A stretch of DNA of 64,000 nt from Lama guanicoe (GCA_013239625.1 MU053994.1:561775-625774), one strand, 5' to 3'; counted from the stretch's first letter, positions 38,259-51,529 are shown. Program-made: numbers and translations. The notes: generated from the sequence alone by a model not told the origin.

Positions 38259-40822
38259 CTGGAAAAAACACAAAAACAATAGAGGAAGTGTGAGTGTGGC
38301 TGAAGAAAGAATTCCATGTCAAACTGCAGACTCACAGGAGCGGCACTGTTCTGTTTTGAGAACTTCATTTGCCGACTCCAAACTGTCCTGAAGACAGTTG
38401 AGAAATTGGGGTTAAACAAGTAGCTATAAAACCTAAATACCTTCCTAGAGGAATCATTCAGAAATGGCTTGGCAATGAGATTTTGAAAACCTAAGCAAAA
38501 TGGCAGTGTATGTATTTCCAGATGGGGTGAGACTTTGCATGAGCCAAATTTCCAAAAAAAAAAAGTCCAAGACCACCCCTAGAGGATTCTAATTTTGTCT
38601 TTGCAAGGAGGAAGGAATATTTCAGTGTCCCCTCTACCCGTGCTTCCACCCATCACATCGCCTGCCCTAAGCCCCCCAACACATGAACATACTGAAGAAA
38701 CAGGGATAAAAGGTTTCAACTCTGATCTGATACCTTGGTTTTTTACATCTGGTGACCTGATTTGGGTGGTTGCCACCCAGGGACACCCCTTGATGGCCTG
38801 GCTCTGGTGGCCAGAGAGGTCAGCATTCCTGGGTCCCATGTGACAGTTCTTGGTGGGCTACCCCGTCCAGGGCATTGCACAGACAGCAGACCGAAACATA
38901 CCCCCATTTCTGTGAAAGAGGTCTCATATTTTTGTCCTGGGTCTTCAACCCTAAGAGCGGGCGTCAGGTTTGGCGCACACCTAGAGGTCCACAGGGAGGC
39001 TCTCAGAGCCTGTAGGCCAGGGACGCCATCTTTGCACTTTCCCTGTGGAGAGTTAACCGGCTATGCCCAGACAGGGGAGTTGATACACAGCCCCACCTAC
39101 TGCAGATTGAGGCTCCTAGCTCTTCCAGACCAGAAAGCCTGTTTGGGAAACAGAGTTGCCTGCAGTGCCCCCCCTCCCACCGCCCCACCCAGGCAGGAGC
39201 CCAGTCTACCTGCTGTGGAGTGTGGCCCCCACCTGGCAGGAAGGGTTAGTCACAGCACCTGGGAGCAGCGTGACCTAGCGACTCCTAGGCTGAGAGGTGG
39301 GTGGCCAGAGTTGGTGGCTGTCAGAGCCAAGCCAGTGGCCCTGTTCAGCCAGGGAAACTGAGGCCTAAGTCGGCTTGATTCAAGGCCACAAACAGCATTG
39401 GTGGCAACTGAGCTGCTTCTCCTGCTACGCCCAGGAAGGGAAATGCATTCCCGTGTTACTGAGCACAGCCTTCAGGCCGCCTGACCCAGGATCCCAACCA
39501 ACACACACAGGCAGCCGTGCCGCCCATCCAACAGCCCTGCTTACAGTGGCACTTGAACAGAGAGCACAGCCCGTCGCTTTGTCTGCAGACCAAAACTGGT
39601 GTGGCCTCACCTAACCAAAATATTCAGTGCACACTCTTGCCAGATCTGGGTCCCCAGACAATGAACCATGCAGGCCCTGGGTCCCATCCTGCTGCCTTGC
39701 CAGGATAGGGAAGCTAATTCATAGTCCCACCTGCTGCTGGGTATAATACCCAGCCCCAAGCATCTAGGAAGCCTGGCCAGAATCCAGGCAATCATGAAAC
39801 CCATCCTACAGCCTCACTGGGGCAGGGAACCAAGATAGCAGTCCCATCCAGCTGTTCTCAGCCAGCGGTACACCCCCAACCTCAGAGTTCAAACAAATGC
39901 CTTGCCTCAACAGACCCTTACAGCAGGGCCCACCTGCCCAAGGATGTGGCCAGAAACCTCAACAGAGCTAGAGCTGTCTCTGCCAAAGCGAACCTCAAAA
40001 GCCTGCAAAAGGAGATCACGTACTCAAATGAATACATACTGGTGTAAAGATTCAGGGATCATGAAAAAGCAAAGCTGTGTGATACCAAAGTACAGTAATA
40101 AAGGTCCAATAACTGACCCTAAGGAAACGGAGAGCTATGAACTGTCAGTTCAGATTAATCCTCTTGAAGAGGTTTAATGACCTGCAAGAACGGATAACTA
40201 AATGAAATTAGGTAAAACATGAACCAAGTAAGTTTGACAAAGAAATATAAACCATGAAAAAAAATCAGAGCGGAAGAGCAGAATAACTGAACTGAAGAAT
40301 TTCCATGGAGAGCATCAAAAGCTGACTCACCCATGCAGAAGGGTCAGAAACCTGGAAGAAAGGACATTTCCAATTATCTGGTCAGAGGAACACAAAGGAA
40401 AAATAATGAAAAAGATGGAAGAGAGCCAAAGGGATTTATGGGACACAACAAAAATACTTGCATTTTGGGAACTGAAAAGGGAAAAAAGTGTATTTAAGTC
40501 AGTAATGGCTGATAACTTCCCAAACCTAAGGAAAGAATTAAGACATCCAGATCCCAAAGGACCCCAGATATGTTGAACTCAGATAGGGCTACATCATGAA
40601 ATACTGTAAGTAAATCGTTAAAAGTCAAACACAAAGATTTTTTAAAGCAGCAAGAGAAAACAGAAGTTACATACAAGGGAACCTCCCTAAGACTATCAGT
40701 GGATTTCTCAGTAAGACTTTTCAGACCATAAGAGAATAGTATGATATATTCAAAATCTTGGATGGGAAAGAAACTGTCAACCACAAACTACTCAGTGAAG
40801 CTCCGCTTCAGAAATGAAAGAG

Positions 40823-41416
40823 GAAAAACTAAAAATAGAGTTACCATATGATCCAGCAATCCCACTCCTGGGCATATATCCAGAGAGAACTCTAATTTGA
40901 AAAGATACATGCACCCCATGTTCACAGCAGCACTGTTTACAATAGCCAAGACATGGAAGCAACCTAAATGTCCAGCGACAGATGACTGGTTAAAGAAGCT
41001 GTGATATATACAATGGAATACTGCTCAGCCACAAAGAAGAATAAAATAATGCCATTTGCAGCAATGTGGATGGACTGGGAGATTGTCATTCTAAGTGAAG
41101 TAAGTCAAACAGAGAAAGACAAATACCACATGATATCACTTTAAAAAAAATTGACACAAATGAACTTGTTTACAAAAGAGAAATAGACTCACAGACATAC
41201 AAAACAAACTTATGGTTGCCAGGGGGGAAAGAAGGTGGGAAGGAATAAATTGGGAGGTCAAGATTTGCAGATACTGACTACTACAAATGAAATCAACAAG
41301 TTTATACTGTATAGCACAGAAAACTATATTCAATGTAGTAACCTATAATGAAAAGGAATGTGAAGATGAATATATGTATATATGTATGACTAAAACATTA
41401 TGCTGTACATCAGAAA
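40823..41416 (+). mobile_element. Younger L1 3' fragment inserted in ORF1 of the host L1
   Basis: gagttaccatatgatccagcaatcccactcc...; flanked by agaaatgaa(a/g)ga duplication (40811-40822 / 41418-41429). Confidence 0.85.
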
Positions 41417-41515
41417 AAGAAATGAAGGATACTTTCCCAAACAAAAGCTGAGAAAATTCATCACCACTAGACCTGCTTTACAAGAAACACTAAAGAAGTT
41501 CTTTGAGTGGAAGTA

Positions 41516-41711
41516 CAGTCAGCCCTCCATATCCACGGGTTCCACATCTGCAGATTCAACCAACCATGGACCATGTCCTGTGTGTACAGCCTGAGGATCC
41601 ATAGATGTGGAACCTACAGATAGAGGACCGACAACAGGATGAGCATCCGCAGATTTTGGTATCCGTGGCAGGTCCTGGAACCAATGCCCTGCAGATACTG
41701 AGGGATGACCA
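41516..41711. mobile_element. MER2B/Tigger3-type MITE
   Basis: ta|cagtcagccctccatatcc...gatactgagggatgacca|ta: imperfect TIRs with TA target duplication. Confidence 0.8.
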
Positions 41712-44496
41712 TAAAGGGATGATAACTGACATCATAAAAGCATAAGGCAGTGTAAAACTCACTGGTAATTGGAAATATATAGTCAAAGTAGAATTCTGTA
41801 ACATGGTAAGGGTGGTATGTGATTCATTTACAGCTCTAGTTTAAAAGTTAAAAAACAAACATGGTAAAAATAAGCAGAACTGTAATCATCTATTAGTTAC
41901 ACAATATTAAAGTGTAAATTGTAACATCAAAAACCGAAAATGTGAAGTAGAAGAGGAATAAAAGTGTCAAGCTTGGGACTTTATTGAAGTTAAGTTGATA
42001 TTAGTTTAAAATAAGGTGCTATTAATTTTTAAGAATTTTTTTATGTAAGCCTCATGGTAACCACAAGGGAAAAAACTGTAGTAATTACAAAAAAGAACAT
42101 AATACCATACAACATCAAAACACAATAAAGCAGGATAGGAAGGAACAGTGGATCCATAGAACAATCAGAGAACAATTAACAAAGTGGCAGTAAGTCCTTA
42201 TTTATCAATAATTAGTATAAACACATGAATAATTAAATATAAACAGATTCAATTCTCCAAGTGAGAAACAGAATGGCTATGTGGATTTTTAAAAAAAAAA
42301 AAAGATCCAATGATATGCTGCTTACAAGGGTCACTTTAGCATTCAAGATACAAAGTGAAGGGATAAATATTTTAAGCAATTGATAACCCCAAAAAGGCAG
42401 GAATAGTTAGACGATAAGCTTTAATCAAAAAACACAAAGAAGTTCATTATATAACGATAAAAAGCATTGATACATCCAGAAGTTGTAACAGCTGTAAATA
42501 TTTCTGTGCCCAACATCAGAAAACTTAAAAACAAAGCAAAAACTAATAGAGCTAAAAGGATAAACAGCTATACCCTAATAGCGGGGGACTTTAATACCCC
42601 ACACTCAACAATGGATAGATTATCTAGACAGAGAATCAATAAGGAAACAGCAAATTTGAACACTATAGACCAAATGTACCTGACATACACAGAACATCCT
42701 ATCTGACATCAGCAGAATACACATTCTTCTCAAATGTGCATGAAACATTTTCTAGGACAGACCACGTATTAGACCACAAAATAAGTCTTAGAAGATTCAA
42801 GACTGAAATCATGCCAAGTATCTTCTGACCACAATGGTATGAAACTGGGAAATCAAACAAGATGAGACTAGAAATGCACAAATACATGGAAATTAAACAA
42901 CACTCTCCATAGAATCCATAACACATGGATTAAAGAAGAAATTAGAGAAATTAAAACACATCTTGAGACAAACGAAAACACAACATATCAAAACTTAAGG
43001 GATGCAGCACAAGCAGTTGTAAGGGGCAAGTGCACAACAATAAAAACCAACATTAAAAAGCGAGAAATTCCCCACATAAACAACCTAACTCTATTCCTCA
43101 AGGAGTTAGAAAAAGAACAAACTGAGCCCAAAGTTAGCAGGAGGAAGGAAATAAAGATTAGAGCAGAAATGAATGAAATTGAGAACAGGGAAACGATAGA
43201 AAAGATTAACCAAACTAAGTTAGTTCTTTGAAAAGATAAACAATTTTTTAAAAGATATATAAATTTGACAAACCTTTAGCTAGACTAACCAAGGAAAAAA
43301 GAGAACCCAAATCTAAGTTGTGACAAAAGGAGACATTACAACTGATACCACAGAAATACGAAGTTCATACGAGGCTATTATAAAAACACTCTAAGCCAAT
43401 AAATTGGACAACCTAGAAGAAATGGAAACGTTCTTAGAAACATACAAACTGCCAAGAATGAATCGTGAATAGAAAGTCTGAATATATCAATTACTAGTAA
43501 GGAGATTAAATCAGTAATTAAAAATCTCCCAAGGAAGGAAATCCCATGACCAATAAATAGCTTCACTAATGAATTTTACCAAACATTTAAAGAAGAATCA
43601 AGACTAATTCTCAAACTCTTCCAGAAAAAAAAGGAAAAGAAGGGAACATTCCCAAACTCATTTTATGAGGCCAGCATTACCCTGATACCAAAGCCAGAAA
43701 AAGACACTATCAGAAAAATACAGATCAGTATTTGATTAAAACACATGGGAAAATTCTCAAAGTACTAGCAAACTGAATTCAGCAGCATATTTCAAGTATC
43801 ACTCATCGTGATCAAGTGGGATGTATGCCTGCAACGCAAGAATGGCTCAACATACACATGCAGTCAATGTGATACATCAGATTAACAGAATGAAAAAAAA
43901 TCTCAATAGATGGAGAAAAAGCATTTAACAAAATTCAACATCTGTTCATGATAAAAAAAATGTAACAAACTTGGTATAGACAGAAGGTACCTCAACATAA
44001 TAAAGGCCATATGTGACTAGCCCACAGCTAACATACTCAATGGTGAAAAGCTGCTAGTGGCATTTTTACATAAGTAGGAAAAAAATCCTAGATTTTATCT
44101 AAAACCACAAAAGACCCCTAATAGCCAAGCCATCCTGAGAAAGAAAAACAAAGCAGGAAGCATCACACTTTCCGATTTTAAGCTACATCATAAAGGTATG
44201 CTAACCACAACAGTGTGGTACTGGCCTAAAAACAGACCCAAAAAAATCCAATGCAACAGAATCTAGAGCCCAGAAATAAATTCAAGTATATACAGTCAAC
44301 TAATATTTGACAAAAGAGCCAAGAATATGAAATGGAGCAAAAAGTTTCTCTTCTATAATTGGTGCTAAAAAAAAATATTCACATGTAAAAAATGAAACTA
44401 ATCCCCTATCTTATACTACTTACAAAAATGAATTTTAAATAAAGCCTTGAATGTGACATCTGACAACATGAAAGTCCTTAACAAAAACATAGGAAA

Positions 44497-44750
44497 AGAA
44501 ACAGGCTCACAGACTTAGGGGTGGGAAGGGATAAATTTGGGATTTTGAGATTTACAACATGTTAGTCACTATATATAAAAATAGATTTTAAAGAAAGTTT
44601 TTGTACAGCACAGGGAACTATGTTCAGTATCTTGTAATAACCTTTAATGGAAAAAATACGAAAATGAATATATATGTATATGCATGACTGGGACATTGTG
44701 CTTTACACCAGAAACTGACACGTTGTAACTGACTGTACTTCAATTAAAAG
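44497..44750 (+). mobile_element. Short L1 3'UTR insertion in ORF2 of the host L1
   Basis: gggtgggaagggata...cagcacagggaact...gtacttcaattaaaag; A-rich imperfect duplication on both sides. Confidence 0.8.
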
Positions 44751-46426
44751 AAAAACAGAAAAAAGGCTCTTTGATATGGGTCTTGGCAACAATTCTTTGG
44801 ATACGACACCTAATGCTATCAACAAAAATAAACAAGTGGTATTACATCAAACTAAAGCTTCTACACAGCAAAAGAAATGATCAACATGTGAAAAGACAAC
44901 CTACAAAATGGGGGGAAAAAACTGCAAACTGTTTATCTGGTAAGGGGTTAATATTCAGAATATCTAAAGAATTCATATAACTCAATAGAAGATAAATAAT
45001 CCAATTTAAAAATGGGCAAAAAACCTGAATAGACATTTCTCCAAAGATATATGGGAGGCCAGCAGGTATAAGAAAAGTCGCTCAACATCCCTAGTCAATA
45101 GGGAAATGCAAATCAAAATCATGAGATACCACCTCATGCCCGTTAGAACGGCCATCATCGAAAAGACTAGAGATACATACTGCTGAGGGTGTGCAGAAAA
45201 GGGAAGGCTCAGGCACTGTAGGAGTGCAGGTGGGAATGTAAATTGGTGCAGCCACTACATAAAACAGTATGGTGGTTCCTCAGAAAATTACATAAAGAAC
45301 TACCATATAATCCAGCAATTCCACTTCTGGGTAATCCAAAGAAAAACACTAACTCAAAACGATATGTGCGCCCCCAAGTTCACTGCAGCGTTATTTACAA
45401 TAGCCACGCTGTGGAAACAAGCTCAGTGTCCACTGATGAAGAAGGGAAAAGTGACAGACATGACAGAATGTTATTCAGCCGTAAAGAAGAACGAAATCTT
45501 GCCATTTACAACACGGATGGACTTTGAGGGCATCACGTTCAGTGAAATAAGTCAAACAGGAAAATATATGATCTCACTTACATGTGGAATTAAAAAAATA
45601 TGCAAACAAAAAAAACTAAGCTTGTGGACATCGAGAACAGAATGATTTTTCTTGAGGTAGGGGGTGGGAGTTGGGCCAAGTGGGTGAAGGGATCAAAAGG
45701 TACAAATTTCCAGTAATAAAATGAAACAGTTATGGGGACATAATATACAGCCTGGTGACTAGTTATAAATACTGTATTTGAAAGTTGCTAGGAGAGTGGA
45801 TCTTGAAAGTCCTCATCGTAAGGAAAAAAATATTTTGTCAACTATGTATGGTAATGGTTGTTCACTGGACTATTGTGGTGATCATTTTGCAGTACATACC
45901 AGTACTGAATCATTGTGTTGCACCCCTGAAACTGCTGAAAGCGTTACATGTCAATTATACCTCAGTTTTTAAAAAAAAGAGCACGTTCCAGCCCTCTGAG
46001 CTGGCCCTCGGCAAGAGCCTCGGGAACGTGACCTGCTCAACCACGTGCCAGGAGGTCTCATCACGAGTGGCAGTGGCAACCAGGGAACAAAAAAGTAACT
46101 GAAGATGAATACGACTAAATGGGCAAAAATGTAAACTCCTGAATTAAATTATATCACCACATTTTCACTACAGTTCCACTGAAGCATCTCTGTGTGGGGT
46201 GACAGAATTGGTAGAAAAGTTAGAAAAAGTAGAAATATACACTTATTATTCTAACTGAATCATTAAGGCAATCAAACCTTTCTTTCAAGGCTCTGGTTAA
46301 AATCTCAATGTAAATATGTTGGGGGAAGGAGCGCGGGGGGAGTCACATATAAACACCTTGATGCCAAGTATCCAACTAATTGATTATAAATTTAGCAAGT
46401 GCCTGAAGGAATGGGATAAACTAGGG

Positions 46427-46590
46427 CAGGGGTCAGCAAATCTTTTCCATAAAGGGCCAGTTAGTAAATATTTTAGGCTTCGTGGGGCTGGAAGGTCTAA
46501 CTATTCAGCGGTACCATTGCAGCGCTCAAGCAGCCGTACAGAATCACAAACCATTGAGCGTTGGCTGTGTTTCAATAAAATTATACTTAT
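46427..46590 (+). mobile_element. MER58-like hAT MITE
   Basis: caggggtcagcaaatcttttccataaagggccag...ggctgtgtttcaataaaatt. Confidence 0.75.
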
Positions 46591-46728
46591 GAAAGCCCTA
46601 GTCTGCCAAATTGAGGAAAACCCAGTTTGGCTTATGCATTTTTTCCATGGAATTAAGAGGTCAGGAAAAAAAAAGAGGTCAGGAAATGTACAGTCATGGA
46701 ATAGAGCCTGTAAGGTCAGTTTCCCACA

Positions 46729-46844
46729 GGAGGGGGAGGGTAGAGCACATGCTTAGCATGCACAAGGTCCTGGGTTCAATCCCCAGTGTCTCCATCAAAA
46801 AAATAAACCTAATTACCCTCCCCCCCCAAGAAAACAAAAGAGAA
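46729..46844 (+). mobile_element. tRNA-Ala-derived SINE (Vic-1-like) with A-box deletion
   Basis: gggagggtagagcacatgcttagcatgcacaaggtcctgggttcaatcccc; TSD ca(g/a)tttcccaca at 46717-46728 and 46845-46856. Confidence 0.9.
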
Positions 46845-48178
46845 CAATTTCCCACACGATGGGGTGCTGTGGGCTTGTGCTACCTGAAGAGCAAGTCCCT
46901 AGCTGGGACAAAGGGACACAGGTGGAGGTAAGGTGGCAGGGATGGAGGGGAAAGGTGAATTGGGTTCCTATCAAAGGAGCCCAGGGTGTTTTATATGGCC
47001 CTTCAGAGTTCATGGGAAGTCCTTCAAGTACATGGAGAGGATAAACAAAGACATTATTCATTGTCTTTTTTTTTTTTAAGAGCAAAGATGGGACCAGGGG
47101 ACTCAAGATCTCGTGGATCGAGAGTGCCGAAAGCCTGATCGACATCATATTTATTAGTATACAGCTCAGAAAAAAATGCGATCAAAGAGGTGGGGCTTTA
47201 GATATTTCATATGATAAGCACTAAGTTCTGCTTTATTATTCATTGTCTTGATGCTGAAATGAGAATTTAAATTGTAGGCTTTGATTAAACTAAGATTGTT
47301 CTCAACACCTAGTTCTAGTCTGTGTAATATAGGAATGAAATATTCCCCCCAAAACAGTGCAGCACCGCGTCCGCGACCCAGGATAACATCCTGCCTCTTT
47401 AGCGTTCAGATTGGCCACTCAGCCAGCTTCAGGACAACAATCAAGCAAGTTCTAGTTTAATCCTTTCTGTTTCTAGCTTGTTTCCCCCCACCCTCAAAAG
47501 ACGCTGCCTCATTTTGTAGCTGCAAAACTTACACAGCTGGGAAGGGCTCATTTCCCAGAAAAGCCTCCCTCAAATGTTAAGGTTCTTAGGAGTCACCTGG
47601 AGGACTTGTTAAAATAGACTCTGATCCAGTAGGTCTAGGATGGGGATTGAGAATTAGCATTTCTGACCAGCTCCCAGGTGATGCTGATCTTACTGGTCCA
47701 CAGACCACACTTTGAGAACCACTTTCCTAAAAGCTGGTCATCCCTCTCTGGGGAGCTCTGGGAGAGTTGGAAAGCTTCCAGTGGCAGGACCTGGAGCCTG
47801 AGGGCTCCTGGATGCCTCTCATCCCTTGAGCAAGCCTTTAGGACAAACGATTGATGCCTACACCCCAGGCAGATCCTGAACAGGTTCGGCAAAGACCGCT
47901 GTTCTTTGGCTGGGCCTGGACGGCATGTCAATTAGGCTTCTTAGTGAAGACAAACCAACCTCATTAGTTGGAAAACGACTGGGTTAGCTCTGGGGAGCCA
48001 GTGTTAATCAGGTTATGCCCCAGAAGCAGAAACGAACGGTGGGAGTTCGAAAGTGCCAGTTCCTGCCGCGCACAGTAAATGGATTAGGCACTGAATCTGG
48101 CTTTTACTTTTAATAAAATGACTCAGCCCTTCCTGGTAGAGGGCTCCCTCCCGCCCTGGCCCCGCGGCAAGGACTCAC

Positions 48179-48312
48179 CTGCAGCATCCCCAGCTGCAGC
48201 CGGTAGAGGAGGTTTCGGGCTGTGGGCGTGGACACAATGAGGAGTCTCCTTTTCTCGTAAAACTGATCCAGAAGTGCAGCTGCTGTTCTGACGCCAACGT
48301 TGACATTCATGG
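48179..48312 (-). CDS. SRPX: SRPX coding exon 8 (start of C-terminal thioredoxin-like domain)
   Basis: 134 bp; AMNVNVGVRTAAALLDQFYEKRRLLIVSTPTARNLLYRLQLGMLQ; acceptor attacag, donor gtgagt. Confidence 0.97.
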
Positions 48313-48537
48313 CTGTAATCAGAAATAACCAGCCCTCTAAACAAACAAAAGTGCAAAAAACTACACTTCAAATTTTAAAAAATTTTTAGAAATAGCCAGG
48401 TAGGTCAGAAACTCTACGGGTTGCGGCTCAACACAGGCCACGACAACACACTGTGTCTAAGAGGTCAAGATTCAACTAGGAGGTCCTAGTTTGTTCGGAA
48501 GGTGGTCCCAAGAAGCGCCGGGTCGGAGGGTGGGGAA

Positions 48538-48971
48538 GTGTTAGTTTCCCCTTGCTGCTGACACTCAGCACCACAAACCTAGAGGCTTAACACACACAAA
48601 TTCTCTTACAGACGCCCTGGGGGAGAATCTGCTTCCGTGCCTCTTCCCGCATCCAGAGGCCTCCTACATTCCTCGGTTCTTACGTAGCCTTTCCCCCACC
48701 TTCCAAGCCGGCAGCATCACATCTTCGGGATTTCCCTCCTCTCTGACCCCTGCTTCCCTTATCTTTGACTCGGAGCTCCGCCTCCCTCTTATAAGGTCCC
48801 TTGTGAGTCCATTGAGCCCACCTGGGTAATCCACGCTACTCACCCCATCTCAAAATCCTTCACTTAATTACACCTGCAAAGTCCCTTTTGCTACTTAAGG
48901 TCATATAGTCACAGGTTCTGGGGATTAGGATGTGGGTATCTGTGGGGGAGGGGCACTACTCTCCTACCTCA
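48538..48971 (-). mobile_element. MLT1C-like MaLR LTR
   Basis: ttagtttcc...caccacaaacct...aaaatccttcacttaattacacctgcaaagtcccttttgc...caggttctggggattagga. Confidence 0.85.
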
Positions 48972-49837
48972 GGAAACGAGACAGGGAAGGAAAGAGGTGT
49001 GTTCTCTGTACTTTAATGTATGAAATTACAGAGCCTCGGGCATCTAGCTGATGATGCACATCTCTCTCTCTCTCTCACCTCACTCTGCATGGCTGGGATT
49101 AAAGGAGCACAAAGATGAGAAAACACCAGGAAATGAGAAAAAAGTGGAGTACAGAAAGAAATAAGAGACATGCTCAGAATTTTCTGGCTAGTCCAAATTT
49201 CACAGTTAGCATTACCCAGCCCAGTTTTTCTTCCTCAGTAGCAACAGCTGACATGTATTGAGAGTTTATCATGTGCCAAGCACCACTCAGCTCCACTGTT
49301 CAGTGGATGGCCACGTTTAATCCCTACAACTGCTCAAGCAGTAGGTAAGGCATTTTCTTCCTCATTTAACAGGAGGAGGAAAGATTCCACGTGCCCAAGG
49401 TCTGCGTCACTTTCCAGCCAGTGCTGCAAAGCAGGCCTTACAGTGTCGTCTGCAGTAGTGTACTGGCTTTATAAAAAAAAAAAAAGACTCTTACACTTGT
49501 AGAAGGAAGGAATTTTTAAATAAAATTTTAAAAAACATTTTTTAAAAAGGGTACCTAGAGCAGGACTTTGCTGATTCATAATGGGCCCCAGGTTCCCACC
49601 TCCGGCTGCCTCCTCAGAGGAGAGAAATCCGAAGATCCACAGAGGCAAAGGAGGGTGGGTGAGATGGGCTGCCCAGGGATTCGCGGACCGCTTTCACCCA
49701 TCAGATGAAGAGGGATGGCACCGAACCTTTCAAAGGATAGAGAATGAAACCCTCCCTCCTCCCTGTCCTGGAAATCACAGCCAAAGGGTCTTTAGGCTCG
49801 GCTGCAGGCTGGGCCGGAGAGCGGACTGCACTCGTAC

Positions 49838-50017
49838 CTGCACAGGTGGGCTCTGCGCCAGACCACGCCAGGTTGGACTGACACACGCGGGCAGGACTGC
49901 CCTGCAGCTCGTAGCCGCCGATGCAGGAGAATTCACAGGTGGCCCCGTAATTATCGCCGTCGCTGGAGCACTTCATGTAGCCGTTCTCCGGGGCGTTGAG
50001 TTTGCCGCAGCGTCTGA
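49838..50017 (-). CDS. SRPX: SRPX coding exon 7 (third sushi/CCP domain)
   Basis: 180 bp; VRRCGKLNAPENGYMKCSSDGDNYGATCEFSCIGGYELQGSPARVCQSNLAWSGAEPTCA; acceptor cacacag, donor gtacga. Confidence 0.97.
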
Positions 50018-50743
50018 CTGTGTGGGACACAAGCCCAGGGCACAGGTGGGGGTGGTTCAGTGCTGAGCTCCCCACCACAGAGTAACCAGGGAAAGAGCGG
50101 GTTCGGAGGCACCAGCTTTGCAACCCGGCTTCCACCTTGGCCCGGGAAACGAGGGAGTGGGTGGGCCTTGGAATGGTCACTGTTCATACCACCGAGACCA
50201 CTGAGATGAACTGGGTTAGCCCCCTGTGTTATAGAGGAGGACGTGGAATCCAGAAGGATAAAGAGTAAAGATGGCTAGTAATTAGCTGCCCAAACCATGA
50301 GGCATAAAATAAACCTTAAAAACATTTTTTTTAGATACCAAAGCTTCTGGAACACCGAGAACATTGTCTCTTGGTGGCCCAAGCTAGGGGACCAAGCTAA
50401 CCTCCTTCACAGAAGGACTTACAGACTCTAGCTGGTCACTGAAGGCCCAGGGTGGAAGAGTTACTGAATCATATTCTCCTGGGAAAGCCAGCTGTGGGCT
50501 CATGTGGGACTAGCGTACTGCTCTCTCAGACTCCTTAAATGATCTGCCAGCACTGAACCTCATCCGGATTTGGACTGTGAAATTCAGGCAATAAGATGGC
50601 ACCCACCCCCCAGCCTCATCAGCAGAGGCTAATCCAGAGGGCAAGTATCCCTCTGGTTTGGGGCATTCACGCTGGGTTCTTGCTGGAGACTCCGCTTCCC
50701 TTTGCTCTTATGGAGAAAAAAAGCCAATAAGCAGTCATCTTAC

Positions 50744-50865
50744 CTCTGACTTTTACTCGAAATTTGCAGGTGCCCTTGTTCTCAGCTCTGTCATAAACTG
50801 TGTACTGGATCTTGTGGTCACCTTCCGGAAAATGCGAGCCTGGGGGTAACCCTTTAAGTATAACG
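50744..50865 (-). CDS. SRPX: SRPX coding exon 6 (HYR domain, second part)
   Basis: 122 bp; [40 protein letters not shown]; acceptor ttttccccctttaag, donor gtaaga. Confidence 0.97.
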
Positions 50866-51249
50866 CTTAAAGGGGGAAAAATCAGAAACACCAAAGATGA
50901 TCATTGTGGGTGTAACAATAATTAGGCCATGATGAACCTAATGATCAAAGATGCAGACAAACCAAGGGACAGCCATTAGGCCCGTTTCACCACTTCACTT
51001 CTCAAAGAATAGAATTTTCTGAGCTTTTCTCTGTTTTGGAAGAGCAGTTTGAAACCAGAAAATGGAAGCCCCCAATTCCTGGGAAGTTTTGATTTATTTT
51101 TCTTGCTGGAGTGTGGAACAGCGGATGAGAGAGGCTAAGAACCCAGGGCCCAAGTCTTCCTCCCATCCTGCCTTTGTTCCACGGGGGAATCTGTATTTTC
51201 TGTGAGGATAATCATTTGAAAGGGTAGTCCAAGCAGTCATTGGCAACTT

Positions 51250-51268
51250 GGACCTGCAGGGGGCGCTA
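51250..51268 (+). promoter_or_regulatory. Candidate CTCF binding site in SRPX intron 5
   Basis: GGACCTGCAGGGGGCGCTA versus CTCF core consensus TGGCCACCAGGGGGCGCTA; last 12 positions identical. Confidence 0.65.
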
Positions 51269-51529
51269 GAACTTTCTCTGCTTTTTCTGTCTGGGTGAGT
51301 GGAGACCTTTCCTGACCAAAAGGCAAGTTCACTGTGACTCCTTGGTGATCCTAATAATAATAAATTATTATCATTTAAGAATATTTAGTCATTTAAGATA
51401 ATATATTAATATAATGTAATGGATAATACTATATTAATGTGCAATAATTAAGAACAGAATAATATGATTAATAATTTAGCAATGAATTATAATAAATCAT
51501 TATCACCATTGTTCTTTGCATGTACATAA

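Larger units (their letters stand above)
38580..45979 (+). mobile_element. Near full-length decayed L1 (L1MA9-like 3' end) in SRPX intron 8 with three nested inserts
   Basis: GC-rich 5'UTR ~38600-40000, ORF1 remnant ~40030-41510, ORF2 remnant ~42180-45590 with an internal deletion near 44055, 3'UTR ending tgtcaattatacctcag plus A run; 5' boundary approximate. Confidence 0.9.

Noticed and set aside
38762..39361. 199-aa ORF, possible novel gene
   Set aside because: Lies in a GC-rich L1 5'UTR, has a non-ATG start and no recognisable domain.
49581..50066. 161-aa plus-strand ORF
   Set aside because: Antisense shadow of GC-rich SRPX exon 7; the same applies to 25429-25701, 38104-38391 and 53895-54197.
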